From NCBI GenBank assembly GCA_035301805.1, contig DATGTQ010000130.1, positions 300 through 64,299 on the forward strand: DNA of 64,000 bases. The letters run 5' to 3'. The DNA is from Tissierellales bacterium (GTDB taxonomy: Bacteria; Bacillota; Clostridia; Tissierellales; DATGTQ01). A program made the translations under genes and the position numbers. The notes below the pieces were generated by a model. The model searched no databases. It was not told where the DNA came from and saw only the letters and a list, made by a program, of their open reading frames with translations. Below are positions 32,428-43,220 of this stretch, one piece after another; position 1 is the first letter of the stretch, and each line of letters starts with the position of its first letter.

Positions 32428-33450
32428 ATGAAAAATTCAAGTAAAAGAAATACCTTAGCTAAAGGACCTAAGGTTGTAGTTATAGGTGGAGGTACAGGAG
32501 TTTCAATTTTATTGAGGGGACTAAAGGAATTTACTTCAAATATTACTGCTATAGTAACAGTGGCAGATGATGGGGGAGGCTCAGGAGTTTTAAGAGAAGA
32601 TTTGGGCATGCTACCTCCGGGAGATATTAGAAGTTGCATACTAGCATTAGCTAATACTGAGCCTTCTATGGAAAAATTGCTTCAATATAGATTTAGTGAG
32701 GGAAAATTTGAGGGTCAAAATATAGGAAACTTATTTATTGCTGCGATGAATGAGATATATGGAAGTTTTGAACTAGCTGTTAAAGAAACTTGTAATGTTT
32801 TAGCAGTAACAGGGAAAGTATTACCTATGACCTTAGAAGATGTCAAATTATACGCAGTTTTTGAAAATGGACAAGAGGTAGAAGGGGAATCTAATATACC
32901 TATAGTTGGAAAAGAAATAAAAAGTAGGATTGATTATGTATATATGGAGCCAAAGATGAGTTATCCATTGGAAGAAACAGTAGAGTCCATTGAAGAAGCA
33001 GATGTAATAGTACTAGGACCTGGTAGTTTATATACTAGTGTTATTCCTAATTTATTAGTCAATAATATAGTAGATAAAATTTATCATTCAAAAGGAATTA
33101 AAATATATATTCCTAATGTAATGACTCAGCCAGGAGAAACGGATAATTACACTGTTTTAGATCATGTAGAAGCAATTTTAAAACATAGTAGGGAAGATTT
33201 ATTGGATTATATTATAATTAATGAGGAAACTATACCAAGGGAAATTTTAGAGAAATATAGTGAAGATGGGGCAGAACCAGTATTAATTACTAAGGAAGAA
33301 GAAAAAATACTTAAATCTAAAAATATTAATCTATTAAAATATGATTTAATAGATGTAAAGAAAAATTATATTCGTCATGATAATATTAAAATAAGTAAAA
33401 TAATTATGGAATTAGTAGAAGAAAAGAAAGCAAAGAAAACTTATAATTAG
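32428..33450 (+). CDS. yvcK: Gluconeogenesis factor YvcK (CofD-like, UPF0052)
   Basis: KVVVIGGGTGVSILLRGLK...TAIVTVADDGGGSGVLREDLGMLPPGDIRSC...GPGSLYTSVIPNLLV. Confidence 0.9.
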   Translation: MKNSSKRNTLAKGPKVVVIGGGTGVSILLRGLKEFTSNITAIVTVADDGGGSGVLREDLGMLPPGDIRSCILALANTEPSMEKLLQYRFSEGKFEGQNIGNLFIAAMNEIYGSFELAVKETCNVLAVTGKVLPMTLEDVKLYAVFENGQEVEGESNIPIVGKEIKSRIDYVYMEPKMSYPLEETVESIEEADVIVLGPGSLYTSVIPNLLVNNIVDKIYHSKGIKIYIPNVMTQPGETDNYTVLDHVEAILKHSREDLLDYIIINEETIPREILEKYSEDGAEPVLITKEEEKILKSKNINLLKYDLIDVKKNYIRHDNIKISKIIMELVEEKKAKKTYN

Positions 33451-33459
33451 TTTTCTTTG

Positions 33460-33948
33460 CTAATGACCTCTATTTTGCTTATCAATTAGTTGAGCTATTA
33501 TATTACTGGCAGCTTTTTTTGTTAAATTATCATAAGATGTATTAAATTCCTGGTTTCTAGATAGCTTTTTAATAGTTTCAATTTGTCTTTTAGTAGCAGG
33601 TTCTTCTACTGGCTGTTCAATTATTTCTTCTAAAGCAGTCATTCCAATATTAGTTATATCTCTTAAAACTCTAGCCTTAGCTCTAGTAGATGCTATACGT
33701 ATTAAATGAGGCATTACAGTAGTATTTACAGATTTGGGACTAGCGTCTCCAATATCTGAGAAAGTTCCTCTGTCAGTGGTAGCAGTAGCTTTGCAAATAG
33801 CCGTCATATTATTTTCATCTTTAGGGATTTGTAGAAGCTCTACGTATATGGAACTTAAATTGTTTTGATGGGCTAAATCTAATAACCCTTCATAAGTTAC
33901 ATAATTATTGCCTTGAAGATCTATTATAAATTTTTCATTTAAGCTCAT
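33460..33948 (-). CDS. Hypothetical protein (162 aa), possibly phage-derived DNA-binding protein
   Basis: I cannot name a family with confidence. The core ...GDASPKSVNTTVMPHLIRIASTRAKARVLRDITNIG... and the tail ATKRQIETIKKL...LTKKAASNIIAQL resemble motifs I have seen in phage recombination or replication accessory proteins. Confidence 0.4.
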   Translation of the reverse strand: MSLNEKFIIDLQGNNYVTYEGLLDLAHQNNLSSIYVELLQIPKDENNMTAICKATATTDRGTFSDIGDASPKSVNTTVMPHLIRIASTRAKARVLRDITNIGMTALEEIIEQPVEEPATKRQIETIKKLSRNQEFNTSYDNLTKKAASNIIAQLIDKQNRGH

Positions 33949-34023
33949 TTTATCACCTCTAAAACTAGTTTTATACTATAATAAATAAATAAACCATGAA
34001 AATATTAGAGGTTTTGGTAAAAG

Positions 34024-35061
34024 TTATTTTGTTAAGTAAAGTATTCCTAGCTTTATAGTACTTTCTATAGCATCTTGGTGAGTTCTTTCAAAAGAATGGG
34101 ATGCATCTACCCCTGGGCCAATAAGTGCTACTTTAAAATCGTAACCAGCTTTTAAAGCAGCACTACCATCAGAACCATAGTAGGGATATATATCTACTTT
34201 ATAATTAAGGTTGTTTTCCTTAGCCAGATTTATAAGTTTTTTTCGAAGTTCTAAGTTATAAGGTCCTGAAGAATCCATAGCACAAATAGTTACGCTATAT
34301 TCATCAGAGGTTTGCCCTTCGCCAGGGGCTGCCATGTCTATAGCAATAAATTCAAATGTATTTTCTGGCAATGCAGCACTTGCACCATGGCCTACTTCTT
34401 CATAATTGCTAATAAAGAAATTAGTAGTATATTTAGGTGTAATATTATTATCTATTAGATATTTGGCAATTCCTAACAAAGCTGCAACCCCGGCTTTGTC
34501 GTCTAAATGTCTGGATTTTATATATCCACTTTCTGTGACAGTGGTCCTAGGATCAAAGAATACATAATCTCCTACAGATATACCAAGATTTTCAACATCT
34601 TCCTTAGACCTAACTTTTTTATCAATTCTAATTTCTAAGTTTTGTTGATTTCGTTCTAATTTATCAGTTTCCGATCCGTGGACATGGGATGAAGCTTTAG
34701 TAGTCAATATTGTACCAGTATAATTTTTCCCATTACTAGTTTCAATAATACAATATTCACCTTCAATTGTGCTCCAAACGTAGCCACCAACTTGTGATAG
34801 TTTTAAGCGGCCATTACCTTTTATTTCTTTAACCATACCACCTAAAGTATCTACATGACCTGAAAGTGTAACTTCTTTTGACTTGTTTTCCCCCTCAATA
34901 GTAGCAATTAATGCACCCTTATTAGTTCTTTTAGTTTTAATTCCTAAGTCATTGAATTTCTTTTCGACAAAGTCAATTGCTTTTTCTGTGTTTCCAGATG
35001 GACTAGGAATGTTTAATAAATTTACTAAGTTTTTAATTGAATAATCTAAATTAATTTTCAT
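34024..35061 (-). CDS. M42 family metallopeptidase (glutamyl aminopeptidase / FrvX-like)
   Basis: MKINLDYSIKNLVNLLNIPSPSGNTEKAIDFV..., SGHVDTLG, RHLDDKAG, and EEVGHGA metal ligands. The ATG at 35061 follows GGAGGT. Confidence 0.8.
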   Translation of the reverse strand: MKINLDYSIKNLVNLLNIPSPSGNTEKAIDFVEKKFNDLGIKTKRTNKGALIATIEGENKSKEVTLSGHVDTLGGMVKEIKGNGRLKLSQVGGYVWSTIEGEYCIIETSNGKNYTGTILTTKASSHVHGSETDKLERNQQNLEIRIDKKVRSKEDVENLGISVGDYVFFDPRTTVTESGYIKSRHLDDKAGVAALLGIAKYLIDNNITPKYTTNFFISNYEEVGHGASAALPENTFEFIAIDMAAPGEGQTSDEYSVTICAMDSSGPYNLELRKKLINLAKENNLNYKVDIYPYYGSDGSAALKAGYDFKVALIGPGVDASHSFERTHQDAIESTIKLGILYLTK

Positions 35062-35208
35062 GAAAAATCTACCTCCATAAGTATAATAAGTATATATCTC
35101 TATTTTAATATAGATTTTAGACAAAATCTATAAATCTTTTAAATTAAAGGTATAAATATAGTATAATGAATTTAATTAATATAAAGAAGGATTTTAGGAG
35201 GTTGGAAG

Positions 35209-36177
35209 ATGTCTTTCTCTTCATCAACTAAAAATGAACTATCTAGGCTAGAAATAAAGAGTAAATCTTGTGCAAAATCAGAATTAGCTGCTTTAGTTAG
35301 AATGGGTGGCTCTATTTCTATAAAAGGACAAAGAAATATTAGTTTGAAGTTTTTAACGGAGAATGCAGCAATAGCTAGGAGAACTTTTACTTTATTAAAA
35401 TATTTATATAATATTAATGTAGATGTAATGGTAAGGAAGAACAAACAATTGAAAAAGAATAATAATTATTTAATAGTAGTGCAAAATACGAAGAATACTA
35501 AAAAGATCCTTAAGGATATAGGTTTCTTAAATAAAAATGAAGAATCGAGTTTCGAAATTAATCACAGAATACCAAAGTATATTGTGGAGAATAACTGCTG
35601 TAGAAGAGCCTATATTAGAGGTGCATTTTTAGGAAGTGGTTCTATTAGTAATCCTGAAAAGACTTATCATTTAGAGTTTGTATCTAGTAACAGAGAACAT
35701 GCTAAAGATTTATCTAAATTAATTAATGCTTTTGAGCTAAATTCAAAAATTGTTACGAGGAAGGAGGATTATATAGTTTACCTTAAAGAGGGAGAACAAA
35801 TAGTTGACTTATTAAATATTATAGGAGCTCATTCAGCTCTCTTAGAGTTAGAAAATATTAGAGTTTTAAAAGATGTAAGAAATAATATAAATAGATTAGT
35901 AAACTGTGAAACTGCTAATTTAGGAAAAACTATAAATGCTTCTATAAGGCAAATCAATAATATTAGATATATAGAAGAAACTGTAGGATTAGAAAAATTA
36001 CCGAAAAATTTACTAGAGGTAGCATATTTAAGATTAGAAAATAGGGATGCAAGTCTTAAAGAATTAGGTGAAAAATTAGATCCACCTGTAGGTAAATCCG
36101 GAGTGAATCATAGATTTCGAAAAATAGATGAGATTGCAGAAAAGTTAGGAAAAAAAGAAACCCCTATGATAGAATAA
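35209..36177 (+). CDS. whiA: DNA-binding protein WhiA
   Basis: MSFSSSTKNELSRLE...ELAALVRMGGSI N-terminus, a LAGLIDADG-like middle region and a C-terminal HTH (LKELGEKLDPPVGKSGVNHRFRKI). Confidence 0.9.
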   Translation: MSFSSSTKNELSRLEIKSKSCAKSELAALVRMGGSISIKGQRNISLKFLTENAAIARRTFTLLKYLYNINVDVMVRKNKQLKKNNNYLIVVQNTKNTKKILKDIGFLNKNEESSFEINHRIPKYIVENNCCRRAYIRGAFLGSGSISNPEKTYHLEFVSSNREHAKDLSKLINAFELNSKIVTRKEDYIVYLKEGEQIVDLLNIIGAHSALLELENIRVLKDVRNNINRLVNCETANLGKTINASIRQINNIRYIEETVGLEKLPKNLLEVAYLRLENRDASLKELGEKLDPPVGKSGVNHRFRKIDEIAEKLGKKETPMIE

Positions 36178-36206
36178 TATATATGTAGAAAAATTTTAGA
36201 AAGGAC

Positions 36207-39200
36207 ATGATTATGGAGAATAAAGGAAAGTTTGTCCATCTTCACGTTCATACTGAATACAGTCTTTTAGATGGTGCAAATAGGATTAAGGATTTGGTTT
36301 CTAAGACTAAAGAATTAGGAATGGATGCTATAGCTATTACTGATCATGGTAATATGTTTGGAGTAGTAGATTTCTATAAAGAAGCTAAAAAACAAGGAAT
36401 AAATCCTATTCTTGGTTCAGAAGTATATGTGTCTAAAGGTGCCTATACAGAAAAAAATCCAAAAAAGAAAGAACAATATCATTTAGTATTGTTAGCGAAA
36501 AATAATAAAGGATATTTAAATTTAATGAAGATAGTATCGGAGGGCTATGTTAATGGTTTCTATTATAAACCAAGAGTGGATTATAATGTTCTGGAAAGGT
36601 ATAGTGAAGGTATAATAGCTTTAAGTGCTTGTTTAGGTGGGGAGGTTCAGAAAAAACTACTTAATGGTGACTATTCTGGCGCAAAAGTTTCAGCAACTAA
36701 ATATAAGGAAATATTTGGAGAAGACAATTACTTTTTAGAGCTTCAAGACCATGGCTTAAGGGAGCAAAAGCTAGTTAATCAGGAACTTATTAATTTATCT
36801 AAAGCATTGAATATTCCTTTGGTAGCTACTAATGACGTCCATTATTTAAAACAGGAAGATGCTTTAGTACATGATGTATTATTATGTGTTCAAACAGGAA
36901 AAACTGTCGATGAAGAAGATAGGATGAAGTTTCCAACAGATCAATTTTATTTAAAATCTTACGAGGAAATGGAAAGCCTTTTTGGGGATGTGGATGGAGC
37001 TTTAGAAAATACTGTAAAAATAGGACAAAGATGTAATGTAGATTTAGAATTTGGAAAGCTACATTTACCTAAATATGAAACTCCTGAAGGATATACAAAT
37101 GAAGAATACTTAGAAAAATTATGTAAAGATGGTTTAAAGGAAAGATATGGAGAAATAACAGAAAAAATTGAAAAGAGATTTTCCTTTGAATTTAATACTA
37201 TAGTAGATATGGGCTATGTAGATTATTTTTTAATAGTGTGGGATTTCATAAAATTTGCTAAAGATAATGGAATAATGGTAGGACCTGGTAGAGGGTCAGC
37301 TGCTGGATCTCTAATTTCTTATGCCTTAGGAATAATAGATATTGATCCTTTAGAATATGGTTTAATATTTGAAAGGTTTTTAAATCCTGAAAGAGTTACT
37401 ATGCCAGATATAGATGTAGATTTCTGCTATGAAAGAAGGGAGGAAGTTATAGATTATGTTGTAGAAAAATATGGAGAAGATAGAGTGGCTCAAATAGTAA
37501 CCTTTGGTACCATGGCGGCAAGAGGGGCAATTAGAGACGTGGGAAGAGCAATAAATATGCCTTATGGAGAAGTAGATTATATAGCTAAGCAAATTCCTAT
37601 GGAATTAGGAATGACTATTGAAAAAGCTTTAAAGGTAAATAAAACTTTAAAGGGTATATACCAAGAAAGGGATGAAATTAAAAATCTTATAGATCTGGCT
37701 TTAGCTGTAGAAGGGCTACCGAGACATACTTCTACCCATGCAGCAGGAGTGGTAATATCTAAGGACCCTATTACGGAATACGTGCCATTGTCTAGAAATA
37801 AAGATTCTATAACTACCCAATTTACTATGACGGAATTAGAAGAATTAGGTCTATTAAAAATGGACTTTCTAGGCCTAAGAACTTTGACAGTTGTTAGAGA
37901 TGCTATTACTTTAATAGAAAAAAATCATGGAAAGAAAATAGATTTTTCTTTTATCACCTTTGATGACACGGAAATTTTTAAAATGTTTGAAAAAGGTGAA
38001 ACCCTAGGAATATTTCAGTTTGAAAGTGGTGGAATGAGACAGTTTTTAAAGGAGCTAGAACCAGATAATTTTGAAAATATTATTGCAGCAAATTCTCTTT
38101 TTAGACCTGGACCTATGGATCAAATTCCAATCTATATAAAAAATAAAAATGCACCAGAGAATATTGAATATGCCCATGAAAAATTAAAACCTATATTAAA
38201 TGTAACTTATGGTTGTATTGTTTATCAAGAGCAAGTAATGCAAATAGTTAGGGATATAGGTGGCTTTACTTTAGGAAGAGCTGATTTACTTAGAAGAGCA
38301 ATGAGTAAGCAACAAATGGATACAATGGAAGAAGAAAGAGAGCATTTTATTTATGGAGAAGTAGATGAAGATGGAAAAGTCATAATTCCTGGAGCTATTA
38401 GAAATGGTGTAGATGAAAAAACTGCAAATAAAATTTATGATCAAATGGCAGACTTTGCTAAATATGCTTTTAATAAATCCCATTCAGCAGCTTATGCAGT
38501 AATTGCTTATAGAACTGCTTGGTTAAAACATTATTATCCAGTAGAATTTATGGCTGCATTAATAAGTAGTGTAATGGGGAATACTAATTCAGTATCTTTA
38601 TATATTCAAGAATGCAAAAGGTTAGGAATAGAGGTACTACCGCCAGATATAAATGAAAGCTATGAAAAATTTACTGTTTCTAAGGATAAAATTCGCTTTG
38701 GACTGATGGCTGTAAAAAATGTAGGGGAAAGTTTTATAAAAGCTATAGTAAAAGCTAGAGAATTAGATGGACCTTTTATTAGCTTTACTGATTTTGTTGA
38801 ACGAGTAGATGGAATAGATTCATCTGTTATGAACAAAAGGGCTGTAGAAAGTTTAATAAAATGTGGGGCTATGGAAAGTTTAAGTGCAAATAGGGCTCAG
38901 TTATTAGCAGTCTTTGAAAAGACTATTAATAGTATTAATCAAGATAGAAAACGAAATATAAAAGGTCAATCCTCTTTATTTGATTCTATAGATACAGAGG
39001 TATCTCATGAATCTTTCCCAGACTTAAAAGAATTTACCCAGGATACACTTTTAACTATGGAGAAAGAAATATTGGGAATATATATTAGTGGACATCCTTT
39101 GGCACCTTATGAGGAAAAGCTTAAAAAGATATCTAATATAACGACTACAAATTTATTTGGGATATCTGATGATGTAGGTGAGGAACTTTCTACAATGAAA

Positions 39201-39695
39201 TATAGAGATGGGCAAAAAGTGGTTATTGGTGGAATAATTAGTGCTAAAAGAAATATGGTAACTAGAAATAACAATATAATGGCCTTTTTAAACTTAGAAG
39301 ATTTATATGGAGTAGTAGATGTTATAGTATTTCCACTGACTTATGAAAAATTTTCCCAATATATAGAAGAAGATAATTTGGTAGTAATAGAGGGAAAATT
39401 AAGTATAAGTGAAGAAGACGAACCTAAAATAATATCTGATAAGATTTATCCGTTAAAAGAGTATAATAAGGATAAATTATATGTAATGGTCCCAAAAGAT
39501 CGTTCGCCCAATACTTTAAATTCCCTAAAAAGTATTTTTATTAAATATAAAGGAAGTACACCAGTATATGTGTATATGGAAAAAAATAATAAGACTTTTA
39601 TGGCAGAAAGGGATTTATGGGTGGATGTGAAGAATAATAATTTGCTAAATGAACTAAAACAAATAGTTGGTAAAGACTCTGTTAAACTTTGCTGA
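36207..39695 (+). CDS. dnaE: DNA polymerase III subunit alpha
   Basis: 1162 aa. PHP N-terminus [16 protein letters not shown], the palm region [21 protein letters not shown]...PDIDVDF, and a C-terminal OB fold. Confidence 0.95.
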   Translation: [1162 protein letters not shown]

Positions 39696-39744
39696 TATAT
39701 ATGCTATAATATTTTTACAATATTTATCCGGGGAGTGCAAGAAT

Positions 39745-39939
39745 ATGTGGACTGCAGTCTATGTGGTGGAAGGACTAGGAAAGGCTAAGAAAATAGAAAA
39801 AACATTAACGGAAGAGGGATTTTTAGTAGAAATAAAATTCTTTTCAAAAGATGGATATAAAGAATTATATGAAATACTGACACCAGAATTTGAGGCAGAG
39901 GATGTCTATTCAATGTTAATAGAATTAGGATATATATAA
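39745..39939 (+). CDS. Hypothetical small protein (64 aa)
   Basis: ATG 39745 follows GGGGAG. It sits between dnaE and pfkA. No family recognised. Confidence 0.45.
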   Translation: MWTAVYVVEGLGKAKKIEKTLTEEGFLVEIKFFSKDGYKELYEILTPEFEAEDVYSMLIELGYI

Positions 39940-39979
39940 TATTTAAATCTATATTTTTTATAATGTAAGGAGGATAAAG

Positions 39980-40939
39980 ATGAAGACAATAGGAGTAATA
40001 ACTAGTGGAGGAGATGCACCTGGAATGAATGCAGCTGTTAGAGCTGTAGTAAGAACTGGTATTTATAATAATGTTAGAGTTGTTGGTATTAAACAAGGGT
40101 ACAATGGACTTTTAAATGGTAATATTAATGATATGAATCTTTCTAGTGTTGGAGATATTATTCATAGAGGAGGAACAGTTCTTAGAACCGCAAGAAGTGA
40201 GGAGTTTTCCACAGAAGAAGGTTTTAATAAGGCTTTAAATATAATAAATGTATTTGGAATTGATGGATTAATAGTATTAGGGGGGGATGGTTCTTTTAAA
40301 GGAGCTAAAACTTTAAGTGATGCTGGAATACCAACAATATGTGTTCCTTGTACTATAGATAATGATATGGGATATACTGACTATACTATTGGATTCTTCA
40401 CAGCCGTTGAGACTGTAGTAGATGCAATTAGTAAAATTAGAGATACTTCAGCTTCTCATGGTAGGGCAAATATTGTAGAGGTAATGGGAAGAAACTGTGG
40501 TGACATAGCTCTATATGCAGGAATGGCCGGGGGAGCAGAAAGTATAATAGTTCCGGAGGTAGAAATAGATGTAGACAATGTTTGTAAACGTGTTATAAAA
40601 GGAAAGAATAGGGGAAAACTTCATAGTATAATCGTTCTAGCAGAAGGAGTAGGAAATTCTTTTGAATTAGCAGAAGAAATAGAAGAAAAAACAGGAACAG
40701 AAACTAGGGTTACAATTTTGGGCCATATTCAAAGAGGAGGAACACCTACAACTTTTGATAGAGTAACTGCAAGTACTATGGGAAATAAGGCAATGGAACT
40801 ATTGATTAATGGGCAATCAGCTAGAGCTTTAGGATTAAAAGAAAATAAAATAATCGACATGGATTTAGATGAAGCTCTTTCCGTTAATAAAGAGTTTGAC
40901 GAAGATATGTATAAAATAGCTAGAGTATTATCTATATAA
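39980..40939 (+). CDS. pfkA: ATP-dependent 6-phosphofructokinase
   Basis: [22 protein letters not shown]...LGGDGSF...TIDNDM...[10 protein letters not shown]...GHIQRGG. Confidence 0.95.
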   Translation: MKTIGVITSGGDAPGMNAAVRAVVRTGIYNNVRVVGIKQGYNGLLNGNINDMNLSSVGDIIHRGGTVLRTARSEEFSTEEGFNKALNIINVFGIDGLIVLGGDGSFKGAKTLSDAGIPTICVPCTIDNDMGYTDYTIGFFTAVETVVDAISKIRDTSASHGRANIVEVMGRNCGDIALYAGMAGGAESIIVPEVEIDVDNVCKRVIKGKNRGKLHSIIVLAEGVGNSFELAEEIEEKTGTETRVTILGHIQRGGTPTTFDRVTASTMGNKAMELLINGQSARALGLKENKIIDMDLDEALSVNKEFDEDMYKIARVLSI

Positions 40940-40957
40940 TTGATGAGGGGTGTAAGT

Positions 40958-42715
40958 ATGAAAAAAACTAAAATAGTATGTACAATAGGGCCAGCTTCTG
41001 AGGAAGAAGATATTTTGGAAAAGTTAATGGATTGTGGTATGAATTTAACTAGGTTAAACTTTTCTCATGGGGATCATAACGAGCATAAAAAAAGAATAGA
41101 GACTATAAAAAAGGTTAGAGAAAAAAAGGATTATACTGTGGGAATTTTGTTAGATACTAAGGGACCAGAAATAAGATTAGGAAAATTTAAAGATGGAGAA
41201 ATTCAATTAGAAAAAGGTCAGCGTTTTACATTGACTACGAGAGAAGTTTTAGGAGATGAAACAATTGTTAACATTGGGTACAAAGGATTGTCAAAGGATG
41301 TAAAAGAAAAAGATACCATACTCATAGATGATGGATTAATAGAACTGGAAGTAATAGAAATTATTGATGAAACTGACATAGTATGTATAGTTAAGAATAA
41401 CGGAATATTAACTGACCATAAGGGTGTAAATGTACCAGGGGTAAAAACTAATATGCCTGCTGTTACAAAGAAGGATATTGGTGATATAGTATTTGGTATA
41501 GAAAATGATATTGATTTTATTGCAGCATCCTTTATTAGAAAAGCTTCAGATGTGTTAGAAATAAGGAAAATATTAGAAGAGAATAATGCAGATCATATAG
41601 AAATAATATCTAAAATAGAAAATCAAGAGGGAGTAGACAATATAGATGATATTATAAATGTGTCTGATGGAATTATGGTAGCAAGGGGGGATTTAGGAGT
41701 AGAAATAACTACTGAAGAAATCCCCATGATACAAAAAACTATTATAAGAAAATGTAATAAAGCAGGTAAACCAGTTATTACGGCAACTCAAATGTTAGAT
41801 TCTATGATAAGAAATCCAAGGCCGACTAGGGCTGAGGTAAATGATGTAGCCAATGCAATATTGGATGGTAGTGACGCTATTATGCTATCTGGTGAAACAG
41901 CAGCAGGAAAGTATCCTGTAGAAGCAGTGAAGACTATGAGAAATATTGCTTTAAGAACGGAAGCCTCTTTAGATTATAGAGAAATATTCCATTTAAAAGC
42001 TTTAGAAAAAGAATATACTACTACCAATGCTATTAGTAGGGCAACTTGTAGTACAGCAGAAGATTTGGGGGCAAGTGCTATTTTAACTGCCACATCTTCT
42101 GGTAATACAGCAAAAGCTGTGTCTAAGTTTAGACCGAAAGCACCTATAATTGCTGCAACTACTTCAAGAAAAGTAATGAGAAAATTATCATTAACTTGGG
42201 GAGTATATCCGACTTTGGCAGTTAAAAGTACCTCTACTGATGAAGTAATAGAGATGGCAATACACAGTGCTTTAGAAAAGGACTTTATTAGTGAAGGAGA
42301 TCTTATAGTAATTACAGCTGGAATCCCTGTATCCGTTTCAGGTTCAACAAATTTACTTAAAGTTCATACAGTAGGGAAAATTTTGTTAAAAGGTATTGGG
42401 ATAGGTAATAAGGCTGTTACAGGAAAAGTATGTATAGGAAATACTCCAGAAGAATTAGAAGATAAGTTTGAAGATGGGGATATATTAGTAAGCATATCAA
42501 CAAATAAGGATATGGTAGAATATATGAAAAGGGCATCAGCAATTATAACAGAAGAAGGTGGTCTTACTTCTCATGCTGCTATAGTAGGTTTTAATGTTGA
42601 AAGGCCAACTGTTGTAGGGGCCAATGATGGAACAAAATTATTAAAAGATGGAGAATTAATTACTGTAGATAGTATTACAGGATTAATTTATAAAGGTGAA
42701 GCTAGAGTTTTGTAA
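40958..42715 (+). CDS. pyk: Pyruvate kinase with C-terminal PEP-utilising (swivel) domain
   Basis: MKKTKIVCTIGPAS...NFSHG...MVARGDLGVE...SGETA, plus a C-terminal ...TEEGGLTSHAAIVG... domain. ATG 40958 follows GAGGGG. Confidence 0.95.
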   Translation: MKKTKIVCTIGPASEEEDILEKLMDCGMNLTRLNFSHGDHNEHKKRIETIKKVREKKDYTVGILLDTKGPEIRLGKFKDGEIQLEKGQRFTLTTREVLGDETIVNIGYKGLSKDVKEKDTILIDDGLIELEVIEIIDETDIVCIVKNNGILTDHKGVNVPGVKTNMPAVTKKDIGDIVFGIENDIDFIAASFIRKASDVLEIRKILEENNADHIEIISKIENQEGVDNIDDIINVSDGIMVARGDLGVEITTEEIPMIQKTIIRKCNKAGKPVITATQMLDSMIRNPRPTRAEVNDVANAILDGSDAIMLSGETAAGKYPVEAVKTMRNIALRTEASLDYREIFHLKALEKEYTTTNAISRATCSTAEDLGASAILTATSSGNTAKAVSKFRPKAPIIAATTSRKVMRKLSLTWGVYPTLAVKSTSTDEVIEMAIHSALEKDFISEGDLIVITAGIPVSVSGSTNLLKVHTVGKILLKGIGIGNKAVTGKVCIGNTPEELEDKFEDGDILVSISTNKDMVEYMKRASAIITEEGGLTSHAAIVGFNVERPTVVGANDGTKLLKDGELITVDSITGLIYKGEARVL

Positions 42716-42727
42716 AGGAGCTATCAT

Positions 42728-43141
42728 ATGGGGAATATAACTACTGTAAAAGTAAGATATAAGGAAACGGATCAAATGGGTGTAGTTTATTATGGTAATT
42801 ATTTTACTTGGTTTGAAGTCGGAAGAAATGAATTTTTTAGAAAATTGAAGTCAAGTTATGAAGAATTAGAAGTAGAGAATATACTTTTACCTGTAATAAA
42901 AACAGGATGTGAGTATTTAGTTCCTGCTAAATTTGATGATGAAATATGTATAGATACGCAACTTGTTAAATTAAAAGGTGTAAGGATAGAGCTTAGATAC
43001 AAGATATATAGGGAGAAAGATAATACTTTACTAGCAAAAGGATTTACTGAACATGTTTTTGTGGATAAAAATCTTAAACCAATAAATTTCAGAAAAAAAC
43101 ATAAGGATATTTGGAATGAACTTCAAGGAATGATAGAGTAA
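42728..43141 (+). CDS. Acyl-CoA thioesterase (YbgC/4HBT hotdog family)
   Basis: VRYKETDQMGVVYYGNYFTWFEVGRNEFF is the 4HBT class II N-terminal motif. Confidence 0.8.
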   Translation: MGNITTVKVRYKETDQMGVVYYGNYFTWFEVGRNEFFRKLKSSYEELEVENILLPVIKTGCEYLVPAKFDDEICIDTQLVKLKGVRIELRYKIYREKDNTLLAKGFTEHVFVDKNLKPINFRKKHKDIWNELQGMIE

Positions 43142-43220
43142 AAATATAAGGCTGGAATGATTAATTTTATATTTTTAAAAGTTAGGTATTTAAAATTGCT
43201 TAGTAAAAGGAGAAAAGATT

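Noticed and set aside
35172-35444. 90-aa minus-strand ORF antisense to the whiA start, and a 103-aa minus-strand ORF at 39785-40096 antisense to the pfkA start.
   Set aside because: Both overlap well-supported genes on the other strand and lack ribosome-binding sites.
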